From IMG/VR virus record IMGVR_UViG_3300027974_001530: a stretch of 64,000 nt of DNA, one strand, 5' to 3'. This document shows positions 10,072 through 20,022 of this stretch, one piece after another. Numbering within the stretch: the stretch's first letter is position 1; each line of letters begins with the position of its first letter. The notes beneath the pieces are model-generated. The model worked only from the letters and a program-made list of their open reading frames with translations, was not told the DNA's origin and did no database searches. The DNA is from a virus. Lineage: Duplodnaviria > Caudoviricetes. The translations under genes and the position numbers were made by a program.

Positions 10072-11586
10072 ATGATAACAATATTATACTCAACACATAA
10101 AGACTTAGAATATAATTCTAAATTTAAACAACATTTATTACAAACATCAGGTATTGATAACATCCAAATATTGGAGTACATAAACCACAACCAATATTCA
10201 TTATCCGAACTTTATAATAAAGGTATTAAAGAATCTAAACACAATATTATAGTTTGTTGTCACAATGACATTAAATTAGAAAAGGGTTGGGGTAAAAAAT
10301 TAATTAATGATTTCGTATCTAATCCTGAATTTGGAATTATAGGAAAGGCAGGATCTTGTTACTTTCCTGAGTCGGGAGTATATTGGGAAAAATTAAGTCA
10401 GACTATGGTGGGTCAAGTTTATCACCACCCTGACGGACAAAAAAAATGGTTAAGTAGATATTCACCTAAATTACCTTTTTTAATTCCTGTTGTAACAATT
10501 GATGGTTTATTTATTTCTTTTGATAAAACAAAAATTAAACATACCTTTGATGAAACAATTGGTAAGTTCCATTTTTATGATCACGGATTTTGTATTCCAA
10601 ATTACCTTGATGATGTTAAAATTGGTGTTACTACCTCATTTGAAATTACTCACCAATCTGTAGGTCAACCAAACCAAGAATTTTGGGAGAGTAAAAATAA
10701 ATTTATTGAGAAGTGGGGGGATAAATTACCTTTAGATTTAAAACCTGAGTCAGTCTATGCTCCACAAATAAAACGTAAACAATTTAAAAAGTTTAAAAAA
10801 ATTGCAATTATAATACCAACAAAAGGAAATGTTAATATGTTATACGAATGTGTAAAATCATTTTATGATAATTGCGACCCAAATATTTTTGATGTATTTA
10901 TTGCGGACACAGGATCAAATAATGATGAACTAGAGATTATAAAAAATAAAATACTACCTATTGGTAATGTAAAATTAATTATATATGATTACTACAATTT
11001 TGCAAAAATAAATAATAATGTAGTTAAAAACCAAATTAGTGATGATTATGAATTTTTACTATTCTGTAATAACGATATTAAAATTTTAAATGATGTAATA
11101 TCCGGAATGTTAAACGTTTTTAATGAACACAAAAATACGGGTAGCGTTGGTTGTAGATTACATTTTGAGGATAATACCATACAACATGACGGAATTTTTA
11201 TCACATTAAATAGAAAGAATAATTCATTTGGTTTAGGTCATCTTAATTTTAAAAACTATTATAACTATCATAATAATTTAAAAGAGGTGATTGGAAGTAC
11301 TGGAGGTTTGTTATTGGTAAGAAAAACCACATTTATTAAACAAGGTATGTTTAATGAAAATTACATTTCTTGTTTAGAAGATGTGGAATTAAATATTAAA
11401 TTATTATGTGGTAACCATAAAAATTATATTTGTGGGGATTGTGTTGCTTACCACTATGAATCTAAAACAAGAAACGAAGACCCAAAAAAAGATGAAGACT
11501 TTATTTATGATTACAATCATAATTTTATTCCTATGATTAATGAAAATGTAATTGAAAAAATAAAAGACAAAATTATAATAGTTTAA
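10072..11586 (+). CDS. Tandem GT-A glycosyltransferase (Glyco_tranf_2_5-like plus GT2)
   Basis: N-domain: CCHNDI, TIDGLF, FHFYDH; C-domain: IIIPTKG, LLFCNNDI, EDVELN, YHYES. Confidence 0.85.
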   Translation: MITILYSTHKDLEYNSKFKQHLLQTSGIDNIQILEYINHNQYSLSELYNKGIKESKHNIIVCCHNDIKLEKGWGKKLINDFVSNPEFGIIGKAGSCYFPESGVYWEKLSQTMVGQVYHHPDGQKKWLSRYSPKLPFLIPVVTIDGLFISFDKTKIKHTFDETIGKFHFYDHGFCIPNYLDDVKIGVTTSFEITHQSVGQPNQEFWESKNKFIEKWGDKLPLDLKPESVYAPQIKRKQFKKFKKIAIIIPTKGNVNMLYECVKSFYDNCDPNIFDVFIADTGSNNDELEIIKNKILPIGNVKLIIYDYYNFAKINNNVVKNQISDDYEFLLFCNNDIKILNDVISGMLNVFNEHKNTGSVGCRLHFEDNTIQHDGIFITLNRKNNSFGLGHLNFKNYYNYHNNLKEVIGSTGGLLLVRKTTFIKQGMFNENYISCLEDVELNIKLLCGNHKNYICGDCVAYHYESKTRNEDPKKDEDFIYDYNHNFIPMINENVIEKIKDKIIIV

Positions 11587-11588
11587 AA

Positions 11589-12230
11589 ATGGCAAATGGT
11601 GTTTATAAAATAACCGAAGATTTTGAAAAATCTTTATCTGACTATACGGGAGCCCCGTATGTGGTCACTGTTGATAACCAAAGTAATGCGTTATTCTTAT
11701 CTCTTTTTTATGAAAAAAATGTAAAAAAAAGTATAACAGAAGAAACAATATCAATACCTTCAAGGACATACCCATCCGTACCATGTGAAATTATACATGC
11801 AGGTTTAAAAGTAAATTTTTTACCTGTTGAGGGTAAGACAATAAAAGGGTCCTATAATTTAGTTGGTAGTAATGTTTGGGATTCCGCATTAAGTTTTACT
11901 CATAATATGTATATACCAAATACTCATATGTGTATTTCATTTACAGGTCCCTACAAACATTTTAAACTTTCAAAAGGTGGGGCAATTTTAACCGACAATC
12001 ATGATGCGTATCTTTGGTTTAAAAGGGCAAGATATAGTGGTAGAAGAGAATGTTCATACCATGATGATAATTTTGATATGTTAGGTTGGAATTTTTATAT
12101 GATGCCTGAACTAGCCGCTCGTGGGTTGCTTCTCATGAACCAATTTTACCATGGAGAAACCCCAAAACACAATGAGGACTTAGAAATGCCATATCCTGAT
12201 TTATCTAAATTTGAGATATATAAAAAATAA
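11589..12230 (+). CDS. DegT/DnrJ/EryC1/StrS-family PLP sugar aminotransferase, C-terminally short
   Basis: FEKSLSDYTGAPYVVTVDNQSNALFL, WDSAL, SFTGPYKHFKLSKGGAILTD (PLP Lys) and GWNFYMMPELAARG; only 213 aa. Confidence 0.8.
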   Translation: MANGVYKITEDFEKSLSDYTGAPYVVTVDNQSNALFLSLFYEKNVKKSITEETISIPSRTYPSVPCEIIHAGLKVNFLPVEGKTIKGSYNLVGSNVWDSALSFTHNMYIPNTHMCISFTGPYKHFKLSKGGAILTDNHDAYLWFKRARYSGRRECSYHDDNFDMLGWNFYMMPELAARGLLLMNQFYHGETPKHNEDLEMPYPDLSKFEIYKK

Positions 12231-12242
12231 ATATTTGTTAAT

Positions 12243-12938
12243 ATGTTAAAAGTAACATCTATTATTGTGACATATAATCACGAAAAATATATAACCAGAT
12301 GTATTGAATCTATACTTAACCAAAATATTAAATATGATCATAAAATATTTATTACAGATGATTGTTCTACTGACAATACGACTAATATTTGTAATGAGTA
12401 TGTTAAAAAATACCCAAACAAAATTATACTAAACACAAATAAAAAAAATTTAGGACCAAAATATAATTATTATAACGCAATTAAATTAAATTTAGATAAT
12501 GATTATCTTGCTTATTGTGATGGTGATGACTATTGGTGCGACCAAAATAAATTACAATTACAAGTAGATTTATTAGAAAAAAACAAAAATTGTTCTTTTA
12601 GTTCCCATAACACAATAGTGAAAGAAAACCCACTAATAAAACATAATTACGAGACAAAAATATATAAAGATGAAGAGTTCACATCTTTAAGTCATACGTC
12701 GTCTAGAGTTATTAGATGTTCTAATATAGAAAATATAACACAAGATGACACTCCGGACAGTATTATGCAAAATTATCTTTTTCTTGTTGGGGATATGTAT
12801 TATATTAATAGTTTTATGACCACATATAATCCTGTTGGTGGAGCTTGGTCTGGTTTGTCAACAGAGGAAAAAAATAATGCAATAAGAGAAGGTATAGAAT
12901 ATATGACAAAATTAAAAAAAAGATTTAATAAAATATGA
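12243..12938 (+). CDS. GT2-family glycosyltransferase
   Basis: SIIVTYNHEKYI..CIESIL.Q, DDCSTD, AYCDGDDYW. Confidence 0.9.
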   Translation: MLKVTSIIVTYNHEKYITRCIESILNQNIKYDHKIFITDDCSTDNTTNICNEYVKKYPNKIILNTNKKNLGPKYNYYNAIKLNLDNDYLAYCDGDDYWCDQNKLQLQVDLLEKNKNCSFSSHNTIVKENPLIKHNYETKIYKDEEFTSLSHTSSRVIRCSNIENITQDDTPDSIMQNYLFLVGDMYYINSFMTTYNPVGGAWSGLSTEEKNNAIREGIEYMTKLKKRFNKI

Positions 12939-13642
12939 GTAAAAAAATTGCAATAATGCAACCTTATTTTATGCCATACATTGGTTATTTCCAATTAATA
13001 AATTCTGTTGATATGTTTGTTATATATGATAATATCCAATACACTAAAAAAGGATGGATAAACCGAAACCGCATCTTATCAAATGGAAAAGACCATCTTA
13101 TTACCTTACCCATTAAAAAAGACTCAGATTATTTAGATGTAGTAAAACGAGAATTATCTAAGTCATGGGAGAAAGATAAAAGTAAGATGTTAAATATTAT
13201 TAAGTCTTCATATGGTAAATCCCCTTATTTTCAAGAAACATTTGAGTTAATTTCAAAATGTTTAAATAATTCTGAGGTTAATTTATTTAAATTTATATAC
13301 GATAGTATCGTTTTAATGAATGATCATTTAGAAATTAAAACACCTATTATAATCTCTTCTACAATAGATACAGACCATACTTTGAAATCTCAAGATAAAG
13401 TCTTATCCTTATGTAAAGAACAAAATGCGGATATTTATATAAACTCTATAGGTGGGGTAGAATTATATAACAAAGAAACCTTTAAACAAAATAATATTGA
13501 ACTCAATTTCATCAAATCAAACCCAATCCAATATACACAATTTAATAATGAATTTGTTCCTTGGTTGTCAATAATTGATGTAATGATGTTTAATTCAAGA
13601 AACCAAATAAAAGAATATTTAAATAATTATACTTTAATATGA
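12935..13642 (+). CDS. wbqC: WbqC-like protein (putative glycyl transferase of amino-sugar biosynthesis)
   Basis: IMQPYFMPYIGYFQLI..VD.FVIYD..QYTKKGWINRNRI, YINSIGG, WLSIIDVMM: the WbqC family signature. Confidence 0.9.
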   Translation: MSKKIAIMQPYFMPYIGYFQLINSVDMFVIYDNIQYTKKGWINRNRILSNGKDHLITLPIKKDSDYLDVVKRELSKSWEKDKSKMLNIIKSSYGKSPYFQETFELISKCLNNSEVNLFKFIYDSIVLMNDHLEIKTPIIISSTIDTDHTLKSQDKVLSLCKEQNADIYINSIGGVELYNKETFKQNNIELNFIKSNPIQYTQFNNEFVPWLSIIDVMMFNSRNQIKEYLNNYTLI

Positions 13643-14607
13643 AATGGAAAAAACTAGGACATATATTTGATCCAACAAAATGGAATGATGGGATTGATCG
13701 GTCTTGGATGAAGACCCACTCCCAATGTACTCATACTTTAGTATTGGATGAGGTTGTAAGGATATATTTTTCTTGTAGACCTGAAAACGATATAAATGGA
13801 TTTGCAAAATCATACACCACATTTTTAGACGTTGATAAAGAAGATCTAACTAAAATAATAAGAGTTTCAGATAAACCAATAATGGATCTAGGGGAATTAG
13901 GAACATTTGATGAATTTGCGGTTTATCCATCTTCTAATATTGTTGATGGAGACAAAATTCTTTTCTATTATGCGGGATGGACAAGAGGACAATCAGTACC
14001 ATTTAACACCTCAATTGGGGTTGCGATTAGTTATGATAATGGAGAAACATTTAAAAGATTAGGTAAAGGACCAATCATTTCTGCAGATTTAGACGAACCT
14101 TTTGTTATTAGTGGACCAAAAATTAGAAAATTTAATAATGAATGGTTTATGTTTTATTTATCAGGAACAAAATGGATAAACGTAAACGGTAGACCAGAAA
14201 TAATTTATAAAAATAGAATGGCAACATCTAAAGATGGAATAAAATGGGAAAGATATAATAAAAATATTATAAACGATGTTTTAGGTGAAAATGAATGCCA
14301 AGCAGGTCCCGATGTTTTTGAATATAACGGAGAATATCATATGTATTTTGTGTACAGAGAGGGGACAGATTTTAGAGAGACTTTAGGGAGAGGATATAAA
14401 ATAGGTTACGCAACGTCAAAAGATTTATTCAATTGGAATCGTAAAGACAGTGAGTCAGGAATATCCTATTCAGAAGGCGGGTGGGACAGTACAATGCAAC
14501 ACTACCCTCACGTTTTTAAAATAAATAATGAAACATATATGACTTATAACGGCAATGATTTTGGTAAATATGGTTTTGGTTTAGCAATCTTAGAAAAAAA
14601 TGTTTGA
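13639..14607 (+). CDS. Five-bladed beta-propeller glycosidase-like protein (GH32/43/130 clan-like)
   Basis: MKWKKLGHIF start; repeated blades (YFSCR, FYYAGW, MFYLSG, MYFVYR, MTYNGN) with 'A.S.DG..W' turns. Confidence 0.7.
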   Translation: MKWKKLGHIFDPTKWNDGIDRSWMKTHSQCTHTLVLDEVVRIYFSCRPENDINGFAKSYTTFLDVDKEDLTKIIRVSDKPIMDLGELGTFDEFAVYPSSNIVDGDKILFYYAGWTRGQSVPFNTSIGVAISYDNGETFKRLGKGPIISADLDEPFVISGPKIRKFNNEWFMFYLSGTKWINVNGRPEIIYKNRMATSKDGIKWERYNKNIINDVLGENECQAGPDVFEYNGEYHMYFVYREGTDFRETLGRGYKIGYATSKDLFNWNRKDSESGISYSEGGWDSTMQHYPHVFKINNETYMTYNGNDFGKYGFGLAILEKNV

Positions 14608-15769
14608 GTATAAAGTAAATAATTCTAGTTTAGAGAACATTACAGACCATTTAAAAAAATGCTCAAATCTATTTACCCCAAGTTTAGGTGATTATGTTGA
14701 CATAGAAATGTATTCTAAAAAATTACATAATAAGGGAGTAAGATTTGAATGTTACCATAACTCCAACTTAATTGGGTTGTTAGTTCTATACACCAACCCA
14801 AAAAATAAAACATCCTTTATTACTAATGTAAGCGTTGAGTACAATTATCAAAAAAATGGTATTGCCAAAGAACTATTATATAATTGTAAAGAATATGTAA
14901 TATCTCAAAATTATTGTGAAATAACCTTAGAAGTATTTAAAAATAACCTAAATGCTATTAAATTTTATAAAAGAAATAAATTTAAAATAAATGATCAAAC
15001 TGAAAATAAGTTAATTATGAAATTAGATACAACAAGAAATTATAATGAAGAATCTTTAGACACTAAAGATCACAAATACTCTTACAACTTTGATTTTGAT
15101 GTGATGCACAACTACATGGTTAAATCTTTTATCCCTTTTTTTAAAGGAGATAATGTTTTAGAATTAGGTAGTTATAAAGGAGATTTTACAGAAAAAATTA
15201 TTCCTTTTTTTAAAAAAATAACTTGTATTGAGGGATCTGAAGATGCGGTTAAGATTGCAAATAAAAAATTTAATAATGATGTAAACATTATCTTATCGAC
15301 TTTTGAGGATTTAAATATGTCAGAAAAGTTTGATAACGTTATTTTAACTCATGTTTTAGAACATATAGATAACCCTGTAAGGTTATTAAAAAAAATAAAC
15401 GATAACTGGTTAACAGATGACGGTGTCTTATTTGTTGTTTGTCCAAATGCAAATGCTCCGTCCAGACAAATTGCGGTTAAAATGGGTCTTATATCAAACA
15501 ATAATGCGATTACCGAATCAGAAAAAAAACACGGACACAATATAACCTATACGTTAGATACTTTAGAACGAGATATAACAGAATCAGGTTTAGAAATCTT
15601 ACATAGGAGTGGAATTTTTTTTAAGGCTTTAGCCAACTTTCAATGGGACAGATTATTAAGTACTGACATTATTTCTAAAGAATATTTGGATGGTTGTTTT
15701 AAATTAGGCCAACAATATCCTGATCTATGTTCTAGTATAATGTTTGTTTGTAAAAAAGGAAAAAAATGA
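14600..15769 (+). CDS. GNAT acetyltransferase fused to a class I methyltransferase
   Basis: N-half: FITNVSVEYNYQKNGIAKELL, LEVFKNNLNAIKFYKRNKF; C-half: VLELGSYKG, LTHVLEHIDNP, FVVCPNA. Confidence 0.85.
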   Translation: MFEYKVNNSSLENITDHLKKCSNLFTPSLGDYVDIEMYSKKLHNKGVRFECYHNSNLIGLLVLYTNPKNKTSFITNVSVEYNYQKNGIAKELLYNCKEYVISQNYCEITLEVFKNNLNAIKFYKRNKFKINDQTENKLIMKLDTTRNYNEESLDTKDHKYSYNFDFDVMHNYMVKSFIPFFKGDNVLELGSYKGDFTEKIIPFFKKITCIEGSEDAVKIANKKFNNDVNIILSTFEDLNMSEKFDNVILTHVLEHIDNPVRLLKKINDNWLTDDGVLFVVCPNANAPSRQIAVKMGLISNNNAITESEKKHGHNITYTLDTLERDITESGLEILHRSGIFFKALANFQWDRLLSTDIISKEYLDGCFKLGQQYPDLCSSIMFVCKKGKK

Positions 15770-16476
15770 AAATAGGGGTAATAATTTGTACATATAAAAG
15801 AAAAGACGGTAAGACTATTGAGTATTTAACAAATACTCTAAATTCCGTATTAAACCAAACATATAAAAATTATAAAATATTTTTAATAGGGGATAGGTAT
15901 GAAGACGAAATTGAGTTTAACCAATATAAAAAATTAATAAGTTTAACCGACAATTATTGTGAGAATTTAGAATTCGCGCACGAAAGGGATGTATATGGTG
16001 ATAACAAACAAGCTTTATGGTCATATGCCGGAACTTTTGCCACAAATTACGCTATGGATCTTTGTGTAAAAGAAAATATAGATTACGTTTGTTTTTTAAA
16101 TCACGACGATTTTTGGTATCCAAACCACTTAGAAGAGATAGCCAAATTAGTTAATAATGATAAAACAGATTTTATTATCACCAAATCAACCTATAAGAAT
16201 GGATATTTACCAAGAATAACATCTAACGATAAGTATATTGATTTTTTACCCGTTCCTTGCGGGGTAATACATTCTTCAGTTTGTATGAATATTAAAACTA
16301 TTCCATTAAGATATATTGATTTGTTTAAAGAAACAGGTACAGTTGGGTCTCCTGGAGATGCGGAATACTGGAGTAGGGTCTCTAAATTTATTGTTAATAA
16401 TAAATTAAAAAGTAAATATATTAATGACTTAACTTGTCGACACGATGAAGAAGGTTATGAACTGAGAGGTAAATAA
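15766..16476 (+). CDS. GT2-like glycosyltransferase
   Basis: IGVIICTYKR, LNSVLNQTYKNY, FLNHDDFWYPNHLE. Confidence 0.8.
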   Translation: MKIGVIICTYKRKDGKTIEYLTNTLNSVLNQTYKNYKIFLIGDRYEDEIEFNQYKKLISLTDNYCENLEFAHERDVYGDNKQALWSYAGTFATNYAMDLCVKENIDYVCFLNHDDFWYPNHLEEIAKLVNNDKTDFIITKSTYKNGYLPRITSNDKYIDFLPVPCGVIHSSVCMNIKTIPLRYIDLFKETGTVGSPGDAEYWSRVSKFIVNNKLKSKYINDLTCRHDEEGYELRGK

Positions 16477-16526
16477 AACTCTATGTAGAATAATCAGTTA
16501 ACATAATAAACAAATAATAATTTAAA

Positions 16527-17264
16527 ATGACAAGAAAAAAAATAGTACCACAAAAAGAAGAAACCCCAACATCACAACCAATTTCCAAAAAAGATTTTAT
16601 TAATACAATAATAAAAAAGAAACAAAAAAATAAATTTTTATCTGACCATCAAGAAGAATATTATAACCTTCTGAAAGAAAAAGAAATCACAATTTGTTCA
16701 GGACCTGCAGGAGTCGGTAAAAGTTTCATTTCAATGAAGGCGGCGGTTGATTTGTTAATTGATCCGAACAACTCTTACGAGAAAATAATTATTGTTAGAC
16801 CTGCGGTTGAAGCCGAAGAAAAATTAGGATCTTTACCTGGAAACTTAGAAGAAAAATTAGACCCTTACATTTTTCCCTCGTATTACCTTTTAAATAAAAT
16901 CATTGGTAAAGAGGCAAGGGAAGAATTAAAAAAAGCCGATATCATTGAGGTATTTGCTTTGGCATATATGAGAGGTATGAATATCGATAACTCAATTCTT
17001 ATTTTTGAAGAAGCTCAGAACTCAACCCCTAATCAGATGAAACTATTGGTAACAAGAATTGGTTATAATAGTAAATTCTTCATATCAGGGGATCTTGAAC
17101 AAACTGACCGATATAAAGACAAGACTCAATCAGGATTATATGACGCATTGAAAAGATTTAAAAATGTTAATAAAATTGGTCTTTATGATTTTAAAGACGC
17201 CAAAAATGTTAGAAACCCATTAATTACTCAAATTTTAGATAAGTATGAAGAGAATAGGGATTGA
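16527..17264 (+). CDS. phoH: PhoH-family ATPase
   Basis: GPAGVGKS Walker A, IVRPAVEAEEKLGSLPG, LAYMRGMN, FEEAQN, ISGDLEQTD, VRNPL. Confidence 0.95.
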   Translation: MTRKKIVPQKEETPTSQPISKKDFINTIIKKKQKNKFLSDHQEEYYNLLKEKEITICSGPAGVGKSFISMKAAVDLLIDPNNSYEKIIIVRPAVEAEEKLGSLPGNLEEKLDPYIFPSYYLLNKIIGKEAREELKKADIIEVFALAYMRGMNIDNSILIFEEAQNSTPNQMKLLVTRIGYNSKFFISGDLEQTDRYKDKTQSGLYDALKRFKNVNKIGLYDFKDAKNVRNPLITQILDKYEENRD

Positions 17265-17904
17265 AATTAATGGTGTTCTTAGAGACACCATCGGTAAATT
17301 TACACAACTTTATGAAAAACATATGATTGATAAAAGTGAGGTTGACCAAACTAATCAGACGTATTTGATGGATCTTTCCGGCAACACTGAATTAGAATTA
17401 GCGGAAAGTCAATTTAAATATGAAATATTAAATGATGTCACATCTTTAGATTTAAGTTCTCATTTTTCATTTCCATCAAAAGATGATTTATATTCTTTTA
17501 TGTATGAGGAGTATACAATGGAATTGTTTGGTCATGCCCCATCTAGTGAAATGTTATCATTTAATATATTAAATGATATTTACTATAACTTAAGAGATAC
17601 TTACGACTTAATGATTGTTTCAGATGAAATCGGTAGGTCAAAACCATCATCTTTGTTCTTTTTGTCCAAGTTTGGTTGTTTAATAGAAAAAGTATTATTT
17701 TATAGTGAAATAACAAAAAATAAAATGTTTAATGAAATTGATATTTTACTTACATCAAACCCTGACTTATTATTGAATAAGTATGAGGATAAAATTTTAA
17801 TAAAATATGAAACCCAATACAATAAACACATACCTTCAGAATTTACGATTAAATCATTATCTGAATTTGAGGAGGAATTAAAAAAAATAAATTACAATGT
17901 TTAA
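17245..17904 (+). CDS. HAD / 5'-nucleotidase-like protein with a degenerate catalytic motif
   Basis: MKRIGIEINGVLRD resembles HAD motif I (hhhDxDGVL), but both Asp are replaced (E, N). Confidence 0.5.
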   Translation: MKRIGIEINGVLRDTIGKFTQLYEKHMIDKSEVDQTNQTYLMDLSGNTELELAESQFKYEILNDVTSLDLSSHFSFPSKDDLYSFMYEEYTMELFGHAPSSEMLSFNILNDIYYNLRDTYDLMIVSDEIGRSKPSSLFFLSKFGCLIEKVLFYSEITKNKMFNEIDILLTSNPDLLLNKYEDKILIKYETQYNKHIPSEFTIKSLSEFEEELKKINYNV

Positions 17905-18151
17905 AATATTGAATGAAAACTATTATGTTGATCTTGACGTAATGGAGAACTATGTCAATTTGGCGATTGTTAGCGGAGAACCTCAAATACATTTAGTAAA
18001 ATATGAGGTTATTAAATCGATGCTAGAAACTGTTCTCACGGAAAGTAACGAAGTTGACGAAGATTTAGGATTAAAAAGTAATGAAGTATCAATACCTTTT
18101 AAAATCGCGTTTAACACCCTATTAATGAAAAAAATAATAACTAAATTATAA
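17897..18151 (+). CDS. Hypothetical protein
   Basis: 84-aa ORF coupled within the operon. Confidence 0.7.
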   Translation: MFKILNENYYVDLDVMENYVNLAIVSGEPQIHLVKYEVIKSMLETVLTESNEVDEDLGLKSNEVSIPFKIAFNTLLMKKIITKL

Positions 18152-18154
18152 AAT

Positions 18155-19213
18155 ATGAATGCTGAACAAATAACAAAGTTAGAAAGGTCTATTCAAAACA
18201 TGAAAGACAAAAAATCTAGAATTTATTTTCTAGTACAAGACACTAAAGGAAATGCCAAGGCATCGGTTAGATATATCTACGAAATTGCGATGGAATTAAA
18301 AAAAGAAGGATTTAACCCTATTATCCTTCACGAAAAACCAGATTACTTCGGAGTATCAAGTTGGCTTAGTGAAGAGTATATGACTGAGTTACCTCATAAG
18401 GCAATTGAAGGTACTAACTTAGATGTCTCTCCTGAAGATCTTATTGTAATTCCTGAAATTTATGGTTTCGTTATGGATCAAATTACAAACTTACCTTGTG
18501 GTAAAATTGTTCTTTGTCAATCTTATGACTATATTTTTGAAACTTTACAACCTGGACAAACATGGCCTCTTTTAGGGTTTTTAAAATGTTTAACAACATC
18601 TGAAAATCAAAAAGAATATATTAAGAATGTTGTTAGAAATGTTTCTGTGGATGTAATTGAGCCTAAAATTTCTGAGACATTTAAAAAACAGGAACTTCCA
18701 CCTAAGACAATTATCTCAATTCACACAAGAGACCATAGAGACACAACAAATTTAATTAAAACTTTTTACGTCAAATTCCCACAATATAGATGGTTAACAT
18801 TTAGAGATTTAAGAGGTCTATCTGAAGTAGAATTTGCCGAAGCAATGAAAGATAGTTTTGTTTCTGTCTGGATTGACGAAGTTAGTGGTTGGGGAACTTT
18901 CCCATTGGAATCAATTAAAATGGGGATCCCTGTTATTGGTTTAGTACCTAACTTAGTTCCAAATTGGATGGGAGAAGATAATGGTGTTTGGATTAACAAT
19001 AAAAATATGTTACCTGACGTAATTGCCGACTTTATCCAAAATTGGTTAGAAGACAATATTAACCCTGAACTTTATTTAAACATGGAAAAAACATCAGAAA
19101 ATTTATCCAATGAAGAAAAATTTAAATCAGATGTTCTTGAATTCTTTAATGGAGCAATAAACACAAGATTGGAAAGTTTTGAATCCCAATTAAATAAATT
19201 AGAAACAATATAA
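18155..19213 (+). CDS. GT-B fold glycosyltransferase-like protein
   Basis: DLIVIPEI; 'FAEAMKDSFVSVWIDEVSGWGTFPLESIKMGIPVIG' matches the GT4-type E-x7-E region. Confidence 0.75.
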   Translation: MNAEQITKLERSIQNMKDKKSRIYFLVQDTKGNAKASVRYIYEIAMELKKEGFNPIILHEKPDYFGVSSWLSEEYMTELPHKAIEGTNLDVSPEDLIVIPEIYGFVMDQITNLPCGKIVLCQSYDYIFETLQPGQTWPLLGFLKCLTTSENQKEYIKNVVRNVSVDVIEPKISETFKKQELPPKTIISIHTRDHRDTTNLIKTFYVKFPQYRWLTFRDLRGLSEVEFAEAMKDSFVSVWIDEVSGWGTFPLESIKMGIPVIGLVPNLVPNWMGEDNGVWINNKNMLPDVIADFIQNWLEDNINPELYLNMEKTSENLSNEEKFKSDVLEFFNGAINTRLESFESQLNKLETI

Positions 19214-19215
19214 AT

Positions 19216-20022
19216 ATGGAAAATAAAAATACAATATCGGTAGTACTACCTATTAAATCAGGTAAAGCCAGAAACTTCGAGGATTATTTTAATAAATGTA
19301 TCACTTCAGTTAAAAATCAAAAAGATTTTGTGAATGAATTAGTAATTGTTTATTGTGATGAAACAGATTTAACTGATCACATTAACTCATATGATTTTGA
19401 AGGTCTTAATGTTGTAAAATTAGTTTGGGAAAAGGAACCTAATTTTGCAGACCAAGTTAACTATGGTGTGTCTTCAGCAAACTCAACTTGGGTATCTCTA
19501 TTAGAGTTTGATGATGAGTACTCTAACATTTGGTTTAAAAACGCATCAAAATATATGGACATTTATAAAAATGTTGGGTTATTTTTACCTATTGTTGTTG
19601 ACGTTAACGATCAAGGAGTTTTTGTTGGGTTTACTAATGAGGCCACTTTTGCCGCAAACATATCACAAGACATGGGGATTCTAACTAATGAAACACTACT
19701 CAACTATCAAAATTTTCAAATTTCGGGATTGGTTATTAAAAAAGAAGAATTTATTAATAATGGAGGGTTAAAAAATAATATTAAATTAACTTTTGGTTAT
19801 GAATTCTTTTTAAGGTTGACACAAAATTCCGTTAAGGTCATGTCAATACCTAAAATTGGTTACAAACATATGAATTTAAGAGAAGGGTCTATTTTTTGGA
19901 ATTACAAAAATGGTGATAACAGAATAAGTGAAGATGAAGCCAAATTTTGGATTGACTCAGCAAAAAAAGAATATTTCTATATCAAACAAAGAGAGATAAA
20001 GTATGAACCACAAGAGGTTTGA
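19216..20022 (+). CDS. GT-A fold glycosyltransferase-like protein
   Basis: ISVVLPI start; WVSLLEFDDEY (DxD-like); IPKIGYKH. Confidence 0.7.
   Translation: MENKNTISVVLPIKSGKARNFEDYFNKCITSVKNQKDFVNELVIVYCDETDLTDHINSYDFEGLNVVKLVWEKEPNFADQVNYGVSSANSTWVSLLEFDDEYSNIWFKNASKYMDIYKNVGLFLPIVVDVNDQGVFVGFTNEATFAANISQDMGILTNETLLNYQNFQISGLVIKKEEFINNGGLKNNIKLTFGYEFFLRLTQNSVKVMSIPKIGYKHMNLREGSIFWNYKNGDNRISEDEAKFWIDSAKKEYFYIKQREIKYEPQEV

Noticed and set aside
6886-16476. Glycosylation genes as a bacterial O-antigen locus, making the window a host chromosome or prophage flank
   Set aside because: They are interleaved with phage-type exonuclease, dUTPase, PhoH and sigma; no wzx/wzy, integrase or housekeeping synteny; composition is uniform with the flanks.
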